Shown here: piece after piece, positions 45,903-46,865 of the stretch
How positions within the stretch are numbered: the first letter of the stretch is position 1
Layout: each line of letters opens with the position of its first letter
Source: an uncultured Mycoplasmatota bacterium
GTDB taxonomy: Bacteria > Bacillota_I > Bacilli_A > RF39 > UBA660
Direction of reading: 5' to 3'
NCBI GenBank assembly: GCA_948469065.1
Contig: CAOKKL010000001.1
Span: 1 to 46,865, forward strand
Length of the DNA: 46,865 nt
Position numbers and translations under genes: made by a program
The notes under the pieces: generated by a model
Databases searched by the model: none
Told to the model about the DNA's origin: nothing
The model's input: the letters and a program-made list of their open reading frames with translations, nothing else

Positions 45903-46811
45903 TTATTTTTTATAACGAATATTAATATCTACATCACCTTTTATTCCACTAATTACCCCATCACTACAAAGTTGCCAATATTCATAATCGCCTGTATAAT
46001 TTGTTTCTTTGGTATAATGAGCAAGCCATGTTTTATAGCTTGTAGGATACCATATTTGTTCTAAGTATGATTTACTACTATATAACATTCCTTCGTAACC
46101 AGCATTATTTATAACTTTTAAAAAGGCTTCCGACATATCAGATAATCCAAATAAACTTAAATGAAATTCATTGTAAAAAGACCAGTTTTCCCAGTCAAAA
46201 GCAATGGGTAAATCAACATCATAATCTTTAATTTGTTCTAAAACCCATTTGGCATCTTGCTCGGCTCTTAGAGTGCTATTTGCATAAGAATAATAATAAA
46301 TACCAACAGGAATTCCTACTTCATTTGCATTTGTAATATTTTGTATAAATTTTTTATCTAAAATATATTCTCCATCAATACCACTACTTGTACCTACACG
46401 TAAGATAACAAATTCAACGCCAGCATTTTTTAAAGCTTGATAATCCACATCACCTTGCCAATGAGAAATATCTAATCCCACTTCGGTGTTTTCGTTTTTA
46501 TAATTTTTTACAACTTCTAAAAAATCTGTACTTGTTTTTGGAGGATTTTGATTCGAAGAATTTTCGCCATTTGTTTTTTCTATAATATTTAATTTGAAAT
46601 GACGTCTTGTTTCATTTCCACTTGAGTCTTTGGCTACAAATTCCAAAGGATATTCTCCAATGGTATTCATATCATAAATTCCTTCTATAGAACAATTTGG
46701 ATACGCATCATAATTATCTGCACACATTATCTTATTTAAAAAATCATCGGAAGAACCTTGAACCATTGTATATTGTGTTTTTATCCAAACAATGGGTGGT
46801 TCTTTATCCAC
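45903..46811 (-). CDS. GH25 muramidase (lysozyme) with an N-terminal Ig-like domain
   Basis: GLDISHWQGDVDYQALKNAGVEFVILRVG, IPVGIYYYS and FDWE are present. The N-terminal ~80 aa resemble an Ig-like (DUF5011-type) domain. The start is GTG and no signal peptide is visible. Confidence 0.8.
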   Translation of the reverse strand: MDKEPPIVWIKTQYTMVQGSSDDFLNKIMCADNYDAYPNCSIEGIYDMNTIGEYPLEFVAKDSSGNETRRHFKLNIIEKTNGENSSNQNPPKTSTDFLEVVKNYKNENTEVGLDISHWQGDVDYQALKNAGVEFVILRVGTSSGIDGEYILDKKFIQNITNANEVGIPVGIYYYSYANSTLRAEQDAKWVLEQIKDYDVDLPIAFDWENWSFYNEFHLSLFGLSDMSEAFLKVINNAGYEGMLYSSKSYLEQIWYPTSYKTWLAHYTKETNYTGDYEYWQLCSDGVISGIKGDVDINIRYKK

Positions 46812-46865
46812 TACTTATATTTTAAATTTATATTTTAATTTAATATTATCTTAATTTTTAAAATT

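Noticed and set aside
45903-46811. The GH25 lysozyme as a phage endolysin, pointing to a second prophage at the window edge.
   Set aside because: No other phage genes are visible in the roughly 50 nt that remain. An Ig-like plus GH25 architecture is also common in chromosomal autolysins. The absence of a signal peptide is noted, but the evidence is insufficient.

Overview
The window is a low-GC chromosomal segment (about 28% G+C by eye) from a spore-forming Firmicute. TGA is used as a stop codon, and spoIVB, a spoIIM-like gene and cotF-like genes are present.

Positions 1-32.7 kb are almost entirely plus-strand housekeeping genes:
- A Bce-type antimicrobial-peptide sensing and detoxification module: the tail of a response regulator, an intramembrane-sensing histidine kinase, and a BceAB-like ABC transporter.
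- A lipid operon made of an MprF-flippase-like gene, pssA and psd.
- A CIRCE-controlled hrcA-grpE-dnaK-[tldD-pmbA]-dnaJ operon.
- mtaB, recD2, mutS, nusB, xseAB, spoIVB and mnmA.

At 32810-32837 there is a canonical 28-bp dif site. It shares 20 consecutive nt with E. coli dif, and its XerD arm matches B. subtilis dif at 10 of 11 positions.

Directly abutting dif is a compact filamentous-phage (inovirus-like) genome with a 5,964-bp unit, present as about 1.1 units (32825-39386). It carries:
- a Zot/pI-like assembly ATPase;
- a 74-aa major-coat-like protein followed by a strong terminator;
- a pIII-like 430-aa secreted protein and several small membrane proteins;
- a pMV158-RepB-like HUH rolling-circle Rep with a hairpin origin;
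- a divergent Xre repressor with operator-like repeats.

The extra 598 bp is a perfect direct repeat that holds a second, 5'-truncated rep copy. This arrangement fits a Xer-exploiting integrative element (IMEX) at the replication terminus. A XerC/D-family recombinase gene lies about 9 kb away.

The right flank carries two orphan membrane ORFs, zupT, a CotF-like pair, an unannotated Asn/Arg-rich mini-ORF, xerD-like, rarA, gpsA-like and tcdA. tcdA is preceded by a promoter-plus-terminator-bounded structured RNA that I interpret as 6S RNA. A GH25 lysozyme gene ends the window.

No rRNA, tRNA or CRISPR array was seen.
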